A DNA stretch of 64,000 nt. Origin: a virus. The stretch is taken from IMG/VR virus record IMGVR_UViG_3300036790_000500, positions 43,054-107,053 of that record, one strand, 5' to 3'. Each line of letters begins with the position of its first letter. Position 1 is the first letter of the stretch. Shown here in pieces: positions 9,417-19,196 of the stretch. A program made the translations under genes and the position numbers. Under the pieces are notes generated by a model that had not been told where the DNA came from, did no database searches, and saw only the letters and a list, made by a program, of their open reading frames with translations.

Positions 9417-9994
9417 TGGGACAGGACATGGTCTACGAGGTCGTTCCGAGGCTGCAACGTCGAGTGGGTGACGCGGTCCTGGCCAACCAGAACAATGCGA
9501 CTATTCTTCTCGGTCGTGACCGCCCGGGAGGCGTCGACAGCGGCTACGGCAGCGGTCCTGGAGCGGGGGCCGTTCATGCGATTGCGGGACGAGCGAACGC
9601 CGATGACCCCTCCATCGCTGACGATTCCGTCACGCTTTATCTGTCTGCGAAGTCAGACCCGGACGACAACTCAGGAACGACCTCCGTGGGAACCGCGGTT
9701 AAGGGCGTGCCCACGGCCGTCCTGCGGGCTGACTGCGTCCGCATCGTGCCGCGCCGCGACTTCAAACTCTCAGTCGGCTCAGCATACCTCATCATGCAGA
9801 GCGACGGTACGGTCGTGATTGAGGGAAACGTTTCACTCGGAGTGGGTGCCGCCCAGCGGCTCATCCGCGGCGACCTCTTCAACCTAGCGTTCGCGGCCCA
9901 CACCCACGTGTCCGCGGCCCCAGGAAACCCGACTTCGCCACCGACAGCCCCCCTTCCGGACTCCCTCTTCAGTTCTAAAGTCCTGGTCTTCTAA
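9416..9994 (+). CDS. Baseplate central spike C-terminal protein
   Basis: Beta-strand repeats ending in AHTH (HxH metal-binding tip) and PTSPP; precedes gp25. Confidence 0.65.
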   Translation: MGQDMVYEVVPRLQRRVGDAVLANQNNATILLGRDRPGGVDSGYGSGPGAGAVHAIAGRANADDPSIADDSVTLYLSAKSDPDDNSGTTSVGTAVKGVPTAVLRADCVRIVPRRDFKLSVGSAYLIMQSDGTVVIEGNVSLGVGAAQRLIRGDLFNLAFAAHTHVSAAPGNPTSPPTAPLPDSLFSSKVLVF

Positions 9995-10043
9995 GGCAGT
10001 AGAGCCGCCTCGGCTTTGCTGAGGCGCCGCTACCTATAGCCTG

Positions 10044-10430
10044 ATGAGTTACGGAGTTTCCTTTCCGCTCGCCTATGCGACCGGTTCGGTCGGTTACCTA
10101 GAGCCAACAAACGACATCGTTTCGGCCCTTCAGTCGAACGTCCGTTGCCTCCTCCTCACCAACTGGGGAGAGCGCGTCATGCACGCGGACATGGGTGGCA
10201 ACTTCCGCGGCTTTCTGTTCGAACCGATGACGAACACCCTGCGCGCCGCCGTCGCCGCTCGGGTCAAGCAGCAACTATCCAAGTGGCTGCCGTTCCTTAC
10301 CCTGACAGGCCTCACCGTCACGTTCTCCTCTGAGGACGCCTCGATTTCCGACCCTGGGTTTCGCGTCGAGATGGCAATGTCGTACGGCAACGTGCCCGTC
10401 AACCTCTCCCTGCTCTATCCGCCCTCCTGA
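10044..10430 (+). CDS. Baseplate wedge protein, gp25/GPW family
   Basis: GVSFPL and LLLTNWGERVMHADMGGNFRGFLFEP...WLPFL motifs. Confidence 0.9.
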   Translation: MSYGVSFPLAYATGSVGYLEPTNDIVSALQSNVRCLLLTNWGERVMHADMGGNFRGFLFEPMTNTLRAAVAARVKQQLSKWLPFLTLTGLTVTFSSEDASISDPGFRVEMAMSYGNVPVNLSLLYPPS

Positions 10431-10438
10431 GGTCACCG

Positions 10439-12274
10439 ATGGCAAGCACTCCCGCACCGCCGAACGTCTATAAGCAGCGCATCGTCAGCCTCCTCAACCG
10501 TGACTTCCGCTCGTTCAAGCGGGACCTCCTCACGTACAGTTCGGCCTATGCCACGGCGTCCTTCTCGGACTACAACGAGTCCTCGCCAGGCATGTCCTTT
10601 CTGGAGATGGGTGCGTACATCGGCGACGGTCTGAGTTACATGCTCGACCAGGCGTTCAATGAGGGCACCGACGCCGCGACGCAGATGAAGAACGTCCAGG
10701 CCAACGCTAAGATGCGCGGCTATCGACCGCTCGGCAAGCGTCCCTCGGTCGGTCAACTTGCCTGGGCCGTCGAGGTTCCGGCCACCGTCGACAACACGGG
10801 GGCCGTGGTTCCCGACGACAGTTACACGCCGGCGCTTCTCAAGGGCTCACAAGCCATATCCCAGAATGGAACGCCGTTCGAGACCCTTGCTGACGTCTAC
10901 TTCACCGCTTCACTCGGGAGAATGGTGACCGGTTCGGCCTTTGACCCGACCACCGGTGTGCCGACCTCGTTCGCAATTCAATGCACAGTGGACGTGGTGG
11001 CCGGCAAGACCGTCACTGACTCCGTTGCAGTCACCGACTTTCAGCAGTTCCGGCGCATCGACCTCGGACAGACGGACGTCATTGAGGTGATTGACGTCTT
11101 CGACAGCCAGGGCAACGAGTGGTACGAGGTCGACTACCTCGCGCAGGACTGGGTCTTCGTCGCTGAGACGAACACCAACGATGACTCCGACACCGTTCCG
11201 TACGTAATGAAACTCCAGACGGCGCCGTATCGCTTCGTCATCGACCGCGACATCACGACGGGCGTCTCCACGTTGGTGTTTGGGTCCGGAGACGGTCTGA
11301 ACTTCGACGATGAGTTGGTCCCGAACGTGGGGTCATATGCCTTGCCGCTGGCTGGGAGACAGACCTATAGCACCTTCTCCATAGACCCCCAGAACTTCCT
11401 GCGAACGAGAAGCCTGGGGCTCTCACCGCACAACACGACCCTGACGATAAACTACCGCGTCGGCGGCGGCTCGGCCACCAACGTCCCCGCTCGTTCCGTG
11501 CGTCAGGCCTCGAACGCCGTCCTGTCGTTCCCGAGTACGAACCTGAACACCACCACACTCGGTGCAGTAGAGGGTTCAATCGGGTGCCTCAACCTCGCGT
11601 CCATGACGGGCGGCGGTGAGTCCGAGACCATTCGAGAAATCAAGGCCAATGCCGCGGCCTTCTTCGCTGCCCAGAACAGAATCGTGACCCGCGAGGACAT
11701 CATCGCGCGAGCCTACTCGATTCCGGCCCCGTTCGGCATGCCGGCCCGTGTCTATGCAAAGCCGAGCCTGAGCGGCCGGTATGCGTTCGACCTGCACATG
11801 CTCTCGTACGACAGCACCGGAAACCTGGTCGTGGCCACGCCGACCCTGAAGTCGAACATGGCCACCTACCTCAGTAAGTTCAAAATGCTGACGGACGGAA
11901 TCAACATCCTTGACGCGGACATCCTAGACCTGCGGGTCTACTTCGGCGTGACGGTCACGGCGGGCTCGAACGCCTCCCAGGTGCTCTTGAACTGCACGAA
12001 CGCCTTGACCAGTTACTTCGCTCAGGGAAACCTCCAGATAGGTCAGCCGATTGTCGTGTCTAACGTCGTCGCCGTCCTCGACGGCCAGACCGGCGTCCAG
12101 GCGGTGACCGACGTCTCGTTCACGAACGTCTACGGCATCACCGATGGGCTCCAGTACTCGGACGACCGCTTTAACATCTCCCAAAACCTGCAGAACGGCA
12201 TGCTGGTCTGTCCCCCTGAGGCGACCTTCCAGGTCAAGTTTCCCACGAAGGACATAGTCGGGAGCGCTTCGTGA
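10439..12274 (+). CDS. Baseplate wedge protein, T4 gp6/baseplate J-like
   Basis: RDFRSFK, FSDYNESSPGM..LE..AY.GD, LVFGSG, YRVGGG and AQNRIVTRED motifs. Confidence 0.9.
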   Translation: MASTPAPPNVYKQRIVSLLNRDFRSFKRDLLTYSSAYATASFSDYNESSPGMSFLEMGAYIGDGLSYMLDQAFNEGTDAATQMKNVQANAKMRGYRPLGKRPSVGQLAWAVEVPATVDNTGAVVPDDSYTPALLKGSQAISQNGTPFETLADVYFTASLGRMVTGSAFDPTTGVPTSFAIQCTVDVVAGKTVTDSVAVTDFQQFRRIDLGQTDVIEVIDVFDSQGNEWYEVDYLAQDWVFVAETNTNDDSDTVPYVMKLQTAPYRFVIDRDITTGVSTLVFGSGDGLNFDDELVPNVGSYALPLAGRQTYSTFSIDPQNFLRTRSLGLSPHNTTLTINYRVGGGSATNVPARSVRQASNAVLSFPSTNLNTTTLGAVEGSIGCLNLASMTGGGESETIREIKANAAAFFAAQNRIVTREDIIARAYSIPAPFGMPARVYAKPSLSGRYAFDLHMLSYDSTGNLVVATPTLKSNMATYLSKFKMLTDGINILDADILDLRVYFGVTVTAGSNASQVLLNCTNALTSYFAQGNLQIGQPIVVSNVVAVLDGQTGVQAVTDVSFTNVYGITDGLQYSDDRFNISQNLQNGMLVCPPEATFQVKFPTKDIVGSAS

Positions 12275-13632
12275 TTTACAGAATTTATCCAACGGCCGAC
12301 ACGTTCCTAACGGACAACTACGTCTACCCGAACTACACCCCGATGACCGGCGCGAACGTGGGTGCCGCTCCTGAGTTGCAGGTCTTCAAGCGAGCGGGGG
12401 TTTCGGGCGCGGTCGGTTCAATCGGTTCATCGAGCCTCGGTCGAATCCTGATGCAGTTCGACCTAACCCAGTTTTGTTCATTGACCGGTTCCGGCGACCT
12501 CCCCTCGAACGGCACGTTCACGCTGCAACTGAACCACAAGACGACCGGCGGCCGCCGTCCCACGAGTTTTGACCTCGTCGTGAGTCCGGTCCAGGCTCCA
12601 TGGGACGAGGGCTCGGGCCAGGACGTTGAGCAACTCCAAGACGCAGGCTGGGCGAACTGGACGATGCGTGATTCCCAGAACTACTGGGGCACGCCGGGCG
12701 GCGACTTCTGGACCGACATCACCGCCTCCCAGCACTTCGATACGGGCCTTGAAGACCTCAGCGTCGATGTCACCTCGATGGTTGGAGACTGGCTGGGGAG
12801 CGAGTTCGCCAACTACGGCTTCGGGATTATGCTTACCTCGTCCATTGAGTCGAACTCGGTGTACATCGACTACTACAAGAAGGTCTTCTATGCGCGTGAA
12901 ACGCAATACCAGGACCGCGCCCCATATCTCGAGTATCGAGCCAATGACTTCACTCATGACGACCGTGTGAACGCGCAGTGGGGCCAACCGGTCACCCTGT
13001 ACCTGTATAACGTCATCGGCGGCGTCTTTGCAGACATCCCGCAGCCGATTCTGATGTCCGTCTCGGACGCCTCTGGAACCCTAACGAGCGTCACCGCAAG
13101 CCGCGGACTCGTTCCCGGGGTGTATAGCGCCTCCTTCGTGTTGCCCACTGGCTCCTATAGCGGCTCTGTCTTCTATGACTTATGGGGTAGCGGTTCGTAC
13201 GCCTATTCCACTGGAACGTTCTCCCTCGTGGGTGGACTGCCCATCAACTCGATTCAACGCCCGCAACTCACGGCTCGGGTCCGGAACCTCCAAGACGAGT
13301 ACTCCTGTGAGGACTCGCCTGTCTTGGAGGTGTTCTTTCGGAAGCGTCCATTGACGGTCCAGGTCGTGCAGACGGCCTCGCTCAGTCCAACTCCGTACAT
13401 CGTGGAGCACGGCTACTGGGCCATTGAGAACGACAGCACCGGCCAACGGGTGATTCCGTTCGGGACCGGTTCGCTCCAAGAGACGCGCCTCTCGTACGGG
13501 GCTGACGGCAACCAGTTTCGGCTCTTCATGTCAAACCTGCACGCAGGCAACGCCTACCGGGTCCTCTTCCTCGTGAACGACAACGGGGCCCAGCAGGTCA
13601 TTGACAATCAGATTCTCTTCAAAGTCGTGTGA
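12271..13632 (+). CDS. Virion protein with DNRLRE-like domain
   Basis: YPTADTFL, RILMQFDL, WDEGSG, PGGDF, DVTSMV..WL, NYGF and FYARET...PYLE motifs. Confidence 0.65.
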   Translation: MIYRIYPTADTFLTDNYVYPNYTPMTGANVGAAPELQVFKRAGVSGAVGSIGSSSLGRILMQFDLTQFCSLTGSGDLPSNGTFTLQLNHKTTGGRRPTSFDLVVSPVQAPWDEGSGQDVEQLQDAGWANWTMRDSQNYWGTPGGDFWTDITASQHFDTGLEDLSVDVTSMVGDWLGSEFANYGFGIMLTSSIESNSVYIDYYKKVFYARETQYQDRAPYLEYRANDFTHDDRVNAQWGQPVTLYLYNVIGGVFADIPQPILMSVSDASGTLTSVTASRGLVPGVYSASFVLPTGSYSGSVFYDLWGSGSYAYSTGTFSLVGGLPINSIQRPQLTARVRNLQDEYSCEDSPVLEVFFRKRPLTVQVVQTASLSPTPYIVEHGYWAIENDSTGQRVIPFGTGSLQETRLSYGADGNQFRLFMSNLHAGNAYRVLFLVNDNGAQQVIDNQILFKVV

Positions 13633-13637
13633 GTTAA

Positions 13638-16562
13638 GTGACCGACATCTTTCAACTCTTTGATGGCACGATGGGCGCGGGTGCGGCCGCGTCCGTCTCT
13701 AATCAAAGCGCCGGTTCGTTCTCAAGTGTCACGACCGATAACGACCTCATCTCGACGCTGGCCTCCGGCAGCGACGCGGTGTCCCTGCTCGTCGATTACT
13801 CAGACTTCGCGAACTTCGTCACGTTCAACTCAGCCCAGAGTTACGTGACCGTGACGGCCGACCAGGTCGTCAATGAGTATCCGATGGGCGGCTCCGCCAA
13901 CGACCTGCAGGTCTTCATCAACTCGCTGGACGGGTACCAACAGTACTTTCTGACGAATTGGCCGTCATGGGCCGGTCACCTGCGGCTGAACCCCGCCGTC
14001 TCCGCGTCGTACGTCAGCATCTCTGACAACGGAGTCCAGGACGGCGTGGCCCGAACGGCCATGCTCAGTCCCGGTACCGGGTCAATCACCGTCCAGGCGT
14101 GGATTGATGTGCCGGTCCTGACCGGGAGCAGCGACGTGCAGGTGGTCTTTCAGAAGGCCGCTCCCGGTGGGACTGACGGCTATACCGCCTTCGTCTCCGG
14201 CTCAGCGGTCTACTTCCAGGTCTCGTCCGGCTCTACGCTGGCGACGGTCTCGGGTTCCCTATCGCTGATGCCGTCGTTCTTCTCGGCCGTCCTCGACCGC
14301 GGCTCTGCGACGGGTTCACTCTCGATGTACGTCGGTACCTCGGGCACGTACCCGGTCCGCACCGACTTCACGTCGGTGCTCCTCGGGTCTCGCTTCGACC
14401 TCGCGTCCGGCTCGTTCTACATCGGCTCCGGCTCAGTGGTGAGTAAGGTCGTGCGACCGTTCACGGGCTCGTTGGACGACGTCAGCGCATGGTTCATTCC
14501 GCGGGCCTGCCAGGACATCACCGGCTCGTACAACAGGAGAACGTTCGCGCAGTACGGACTAACGGGGCTTTGGCGTTTCAATGACGCATCACCGAGTACA
14601 CCGTCCGTCATCGGCGGAGTAATTCACGATTCGTCCGGTAACAGGCTGGACGGCCGAGTCCAGATGTACTTCTCGGGTTCCAGGGGCTCGGGGTCGCTGA
14701 CCAACGATTCGGTCGACCCAATTCTCTCGTTGGATGACCCGACCGTCGTGAGTTACGTCGTGAACGCGCAGGTCACCGGCGCTCTCTACGACCGAAATAA
14801 CCAGAGTTTAATCTTCAACCTCTTTCCGGACGCGTTCTCGAGCGTCGACCCCGCGTCACAAGCGGTGTTCGAGAGTTTTACGTTGATTCTGGCACGGCAC
14901 TACGACCGGCTCAAACTCTACATTACGCAACTGCCGAACCTTCGTCGGGTGAACTACGACGAGTTCGACCAGGCACCGGACGAACTGCTGGACCAGGTCG
15001 GCGACTTCATGGGTTGGAACCTCCAGGGCAGTTTCGTGACGACTGACGCCCTGAAGTACTTCCTCGGTCGAAACGTGACCCTTGGGCCCGAGGGCAACGC
15101 TCCGCTCGACACTCAACTCTTCGACATCAAGGCCCAGTTCTGGCGTCGAGTGCTGCAGAACCTGGTGTATCTGTACAAGACGAAGGGAACCCGAGAGGGC
15201 GTTGAGGCCCTGATGCGGGCCTATGGCGTCGATGATAACTTCGTTCGTCTGAAGGAGTACTCGAATCGAAACGAGCAGCAACTCGTTCTCAATCGAGTAG
15301 AAGCCGAGAAAAGCGTGTTCGCGCTTCAGGTCTCCGGGTCCGTGGCCGTCTCAGCGGCGGCGTTAAACTCCTCGCTTACGTCCGACCGCGGCGACTTCTC
15401 AATCGAGGCCCGCGTGCGGTTTCCTCTCCCGGATGATGACCTGATGCCGCCGACGCAACTGTCGGGGGTCATTGCGTCGCTCTCCTCTGGCTCATCGGCG
15501 GTCTCCGTCTGGTACAGCAAGCCCCTGGCCACGTCGCTCACCGGAAACATCTACGTCTCGAGTTCCGCGGGAGTTCTGCAACTCACGTCGGCGTCCGTGT
15601 TCGACGATAACTTCTACAACCTGAGCGTGGTTCGCGAACACGTCACCGGTACGATGACCCTCGACGCCCGGCGGTACTCGAACGGTGACTTGGTCTTCGT
15701 GACCAGTTCCGTGGCCGTGAGCGGGTCCGGAGCCTACCCCGGTTTCGTTCCGTACACGGGCTTCGCCGTCGGCTCCACGAACACGAACGGTGAGTTTTGG
15801 GTACAGGAGACCCGTGCTTGGTCATCCCATCTTCTGGCGGATGAGGTCGATGCGCATGCGCAACACTTTGAGAGTTACGGGCGCGACGAGAGCCATAGGA
15901 ACGACGACCTTCGAGTACACTGGCGGCTCGCCGACGGAGCATACGTCACCGCGACCGGAGCACTCACCGTTCTAGACTCGACTCCGTACGGCGTCAACGG
16001 CTCAGGCACGAACTTCGTCCCTAACACCCAGCCGTTCACGAAGTTCCTCGTCGACTACGCGTATATTCCGAGCGTCGATTGGAACGGGCAGAAGGTCAGA
16101 ATCTTCTCTGGCTCGACAATCGACCCGCAGGACGCCTGGCACGACGACCGGTTCGTGGCCCTCGAGTTCAACATGTACGACGCTCTAGACGAGGACATCT
16201 CTCATCTAATGACCTCGTATCAGGAGTTGAATAACGTGCTCGGTCTTCCGGTGAATCGGTATCGGGAGGAGTACGAGGGCCTGCAGCAGATGCGGGAGAC
16301 GTACTTCAAACGGCTCCAAGGCCAACTCAACTTTAGAGTATTTGTGGACATGCTGGACTTCTTCGACACGTCATTCGTCACGATTGTGCAGAGGATGCTG
16401 CCGGCCCGGGCCCTCTTCAAGGGTGATGAGTTGGTCGTAGAGAGCCACATGCTCGAGCGGCCCAAGTACCAGTATCAACTTCGACCCGTCCATGAGGGTC
16501 TGATTGACATCTCTGGGTCCATTTCGGTGACGGACCTCTATGATATCTACTGCTCACGATGA
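13638..16562 (+). CDS. Baseplate wedge/tail protein with LamG-like domains
   Basis: YLYKTKGTREGVEALMRAYG (P2 gpI/gp7-like); FTGSLDDV..W and LWRFND (LamG-like); VVESHMLERPKY. Confidence 0.7.
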   Translation: MTDIFQLFDGTMGAGAAASVSNQSAGSFSSVTTDNDLISTLASGSDAVSLLVDYSDFANFVTFNSAQSYVTVTADQVVNEYPMGGSANDLQVFINSLDGYQQYFLTNWPSWAGHLRLNPAVSASYVSISDNGVQDGVARTAMLSPGTGSITVQAWIDVPVLTGSSDVQVVFQKAAPGGTDGYTAFVSGSAVYFQVSSGSTLATVSGSLSLMPSFFSAVLDRGSATGSLSMYVGTSGTYPVRTDFTSVLLGSRFDLASGSFYIGSGSVVSKVVRPFTGSLDDVSAWFIPRACQDITGSYNRRTFAQYGLTGLWRFNDASPSTPSVIGGVIHDSSGNRLDGRVQMYFSGSRGSGSLTNDSVDPILSLDDPTVVSYVVNAQVTGALYDRNNQSLIFNLFPDAFSSVDPASQAVFESFTLILARHYDRLKLYITQLPNLRRVNYDEFDQAPDELLDQVGDFMGWNLQGSFVTTDALKYFLGRNVTLGPEGNAPLDTQLFDIKAQFWRRVLQNLVYLYKTKGTREGVEALMRAYGVDDNFVRLKEYSNRNEQQLVLNRVEAEKSVFALQVSGSVAVSAAALNSSLTSDRGDFSIEARVRFPLPDDDLMPPTQLSGVIASLSSGSSAVSVWYSKPLATSLTGNIYVSSSAGVLQLTSASVFDDNFYNLSVVREHVTGTMTLDARRYSNGDLVFVTSSVAVSGSGAYPGFVPYTGFAVGSTNTNGEFWVQETRAWSSHLLADEVDAHAQHFESYGRDESHRNDDLRVHWRLADGAYVTATGALTVLDSTPYGVNGSGTNFVPNTQPFTKFLVDYAYIPSVDWNGQKVRIFSGSTIDPQDAWHDDRFVALEFNMYDALDEDISHLMTSYQELNNVLGLPVNRYREEYEGLQQMRETYFKRLQGQLNFRVFVDMLDFFDTSFVTIVQRMLPARALFKGDELVVESHMLERPKYQYQLRPVHEGLIDISGSISVTDLYDIYCSR

Positions 16563-16595
16563 TGTGGCCATGGGGGCCTAGGTAAAGAAACACAG

Positions 16596-17345
16596 ATGGC
16601 AGACAACACCATACTCAACCTCGGAACGGGCGGCGACACCCTTCGCACTGAGGACGTCGGCGGCGGCGTCAAGGTTCCCGTTTCGAAGATTCACACGGGA
16701 GCCTCGGACGTGGACGGCGGTCCCGTCACGACCGCTAATCCGTTTCCCGTGCAAGTCGTCTCCGGCTCCCAGACAAGCCTGTTGCAGGGAGGCGTGCTCG
16801 CGGGACCCGCGAATCCGATTTCGACGCAGACAGTGTCCGGTTCCCTAGTCAGTCTGCTACAGGGTGGGCTCGCCGTCTCGGCCGGCAACGCCGTTCCGGT
16901 GCAGGTCGAGAATCCGGTGAGCATCACGGCGAACGGAAGCACCGTTTCGTGGACCGCACAGTTACCGGTCATTGAACCATGCGGCCAGGTCGTCTCCGGT
17001 TCAACGGTCTCGACGGTCAACTACGCCTTCGGTGACTTCAGTACGTCGGGCTCCGCCAATCAACTCGTGGGACAGCAGGGAACAGGCGCAGGCAAGCGCA
17101 TTCGCGTGCTTTCGGCCGTCCTCTCCTCGGCGAACGCCGTGAACGTACGCTTCACGACGGCGAACCCAAACGGTTCGACCGGCAGCATCAGCGGTCAGTT
17201 CTTCGTGGCGGCATCGGGCGGCTTCGTCCTGCCCTTCAACCCCCACGGTTGGTTCCAAACGAACGTCAGCGAGAGCCTGAACGTCGCCACGACGGGTGGC
17301 ACCGACGTCGGAATCGGAATTACCTGGGTCCTTGCGGGGCAGTAA
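16596..17345 (+). CDS. Virion fibre/decoration protein with ANP.PV repeats
   Basis: Three V...NP.PV repeats; the C-terminal domain resembles that of 52544-54100. Confidence 0.6.
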   Translation: MADNTILNLGTGGDTLRTEDVGGGVKVPVSKIHTGASDVDGGPVTTANPFPVQVVSGSQTSLLQGGVLAGPANPISTQTVSGSLVSLLQGGLAVSAGNAVPVQVENPVSITANGSTVSWTAQLPVIEPCGQVVSGSTVSTVNYAFGDFSTSGSANQLVGQQGTGAGKRIRVLSAVLSSANAVNVRFTTANPNGSTGSISGQFFVAASGGFVLPFNPHGWFQTNVSESLNVATTGGTDVGIGITWVLAGQ

Positions 17346-17355
17346 GGAGTAAGCG

Positions 17356-18873
17356 ATGCCCCTCTCCAGCGTCACCCGGGACGCCCTCGGCGGCTGGTAC
17401 TTTCCGTCGGGCTCGACCGAGTGGGCGACCCTGCTCGCCGGGTCCGGCCTCGGGCTGCCGGTCTCCGTCTGGTCGCTCCAGGAGAGGTCCGGCGGCGTCT
17501 TCGGCGACAGCGTGCAGGGGAACGGGAACAACGACCTCGTCGTCGGTACCTCGACGGCGGAGTACGTCCCTGGATGGTCTCGCATCGGCATCATTCCCAG
17601 CTTCAGCAACACCACCAATCCGAACCTGAATATCGCGGTCAGCAGCTCACTGCTCCTCACGGTCGTGAGGCCGAGGGCCCTCCAGACTGCCTCTACCGGG
17701 ACCGTCGTTGGCCTCGGGGTCAATACCTCGTATCGGGCCATTGCCTTTACCGGCGAGGTCGGCGTACAGCCGGGTCACACCGGTTCCTGGATGTACGCCA
17801 CCATCGACGGCTCGGCCCAGCCCACCGGGTCTCTGCCTGTCACGTCGGGCCAGGTCTATCTCGTCGCTCTGCGTGTCAACCTGACGGCCGGCTCGACCGG
17901 ACTCGTCACCGAGTACGAGACGATAACCCAGACGCCGTACACGGTCCCTCCGAACACGGGCGCCGGAATACTCTGGGGAGCGGCGTTGACGAATACCGCG
18001 AACGTCGACTTCCTCTACGGCGCCCTCTGGCAGGGCCCCACGGCGGAGATGACGGACACGCAGGTCCAGTCGCTCTTCAACCTGATGAAGTACGGGACGG
18101 TGGCCCGCGGCGTCACCCAGGACACGACCTCGGGCTGGCGCGCCCCGCGGGACCCCACCGAGTGGGCCCTGCTGCTCACCGGCTCCGGCGTTCCCGTCCC
18201 GAGCGCGGCCTACAACATGACCGAGACGAGCAGTCCGACGGCGGACAACGTGGGCCAGGACATGTTCTACAGCGACCACCTGACCGCCGGCACCGTCGGC
18301 GTCGGCGGGACGTTCCCCGGTTGGTCGCGACCGGGATTCCAGACGTACGACGGCGGCGCGTACGGTGTGCAGACCGCGAACACCCTGACGGGCGCCTCCC
18401 GGGCCGTCCTCATGTACTACGGCATCAGCGGCTCCGCCGAGCTGCTCAACATGCTCAACTACATGGGCAACGGCCTCGACGTCTCCCTCGTCTCGGGGAG
18501 CATCTACGCCGTCGGCGGAAACCGAGTGGGGACCGGCGTGCGGGGGTCCGTCCCCGCGGCGTTGCCCAGCGTTCGGCCCTTCCTCTACGTCGTCAACGAC
18601 ACGGCCGGCACCAACAAGTACTACTCGACCGTCGAGAGCGTGGTCGGCTCGGCCGGCATCGTCGACGCGAACACCATCACCCTCGGCTCGAACGTCAGTT
18701 CCCAGCCGGCCCCCTCCGGCACGCTCCTCTACGCCGCCGTCTGGACCGGCAGTTACGCGGAGATGACGGACACCCAGGCGGCGACCCTGCTGCGGCTGGC
18801 GCAGTTCGGCACGCTGTCGAGCGGGTCGGCGGTGGCGCGCAATCTCCTCATGCTCATGGGTTACGGGAGTTGA
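17356..18873 (+). CDS. Virion appendage protein with internal two-domain duplication
   Basis: Both halves contain VT.D...GW..P...TEWA.LL.GSG, PGWSR.G and LY.A.W.G..AEMTDTQ; AGGAG upstream. Confidence 0.7.
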   Translation: MPLSSVTRDALGGWYFPSGSTEWATLLAGSGLGLPVSVWSLQERSGGVFGDSVQGNGNNDLVVGTSTAEYVPGWSRIGIIPSFSNTTNPNLNIAVSSSLLLTVVRPRALQTASTGTVVGLGVNTSYRAIAFTGEVGVQPGHTGSWMYATIDGSAQPTGSLPVTSGQVYLVALRVNLTAGSTGLVTEYETITQTPYTVPPNTGAGILWGAALTNTANVDFLYGALWQGPTAEMTDTQVQSLFNLMKYGTVARGVTQDTTSGWRAPRDPTEWALLLTGSGVPVPSAAYNMTETSSPTADNVGQDMFYSDHLTAGTVGVGGTFPGWSRPGFQTYDGGAYGVQTANTLTGASRAVLMYYGISGSAELLNMLNYMGNGLDVSLVSGSIYAVGGNRVGTGVRGSVPAALPSVRPFLYVVNDTAGTNKYYSTVESVVGSAGIVDANTITLGSNVSSQPAPSGTLLYAAVWTGSYAEMTDTQAATLLRLAQFGTLSSGSAVARNLLMLMGYGS

Positions 18874-18876
18874 TGG

Positions 18877-19194
18877 ATGGCGCTCGGCGGCATCATCATT
18901 TACATCCAGAACCTGCAGGACGCGACGCCTCCTGCGCCTCCCGTAGTCCCGTCTCGGCTCTTTAATCGCAGAAATTGGCTCTATCGTCCGAGACGCGGAA
19001 TGATGGTGTCTGGGCGTCAGCCAGCGAGTGTGCCGACCGGCATGTTCATTGGCTCCGCCGCAGTCACGCGGACACGATGCACGCCGCTGAAGAAAACGTT
19101 CGTGATTACGACCACAGACAGCCTAGACATCGGTGGCGACGTGATGACCTCGGCCGTCGGTCCGAGCGGTTGCATCTCAAGGTCCGGTCCCTAA
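18877..19194 (+). CDS. Hypothetical protein
   Basis: ORF fills the gap between flanking genes; weak support. Confidence 0.45.
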   Translation: MALGGIIIYIQNLQDATPPAPPVVPSRLFNRRNWLYRPRRGMMVSGRQPASVPTGMFIGSAAVTRTRCTPLKKTFVITTTDSLDIGGDVMTSAVGPSGCISRSGP

Positions 19195-19196
19195 CA

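Noticed and set aside
17421-18965. 514-aa alternate-frame + strand ORF
   Set aside because: R/H/G-rich shadow of the high-GC3 gene 17356-18873; no recognisable motifs.
18975-19196. N-terminal extension of the 758-aa ORF
   Set aside because: It overlaps 18877-19194 and has atypical composition; the ATG at 19197 follows that gene's stop directly.
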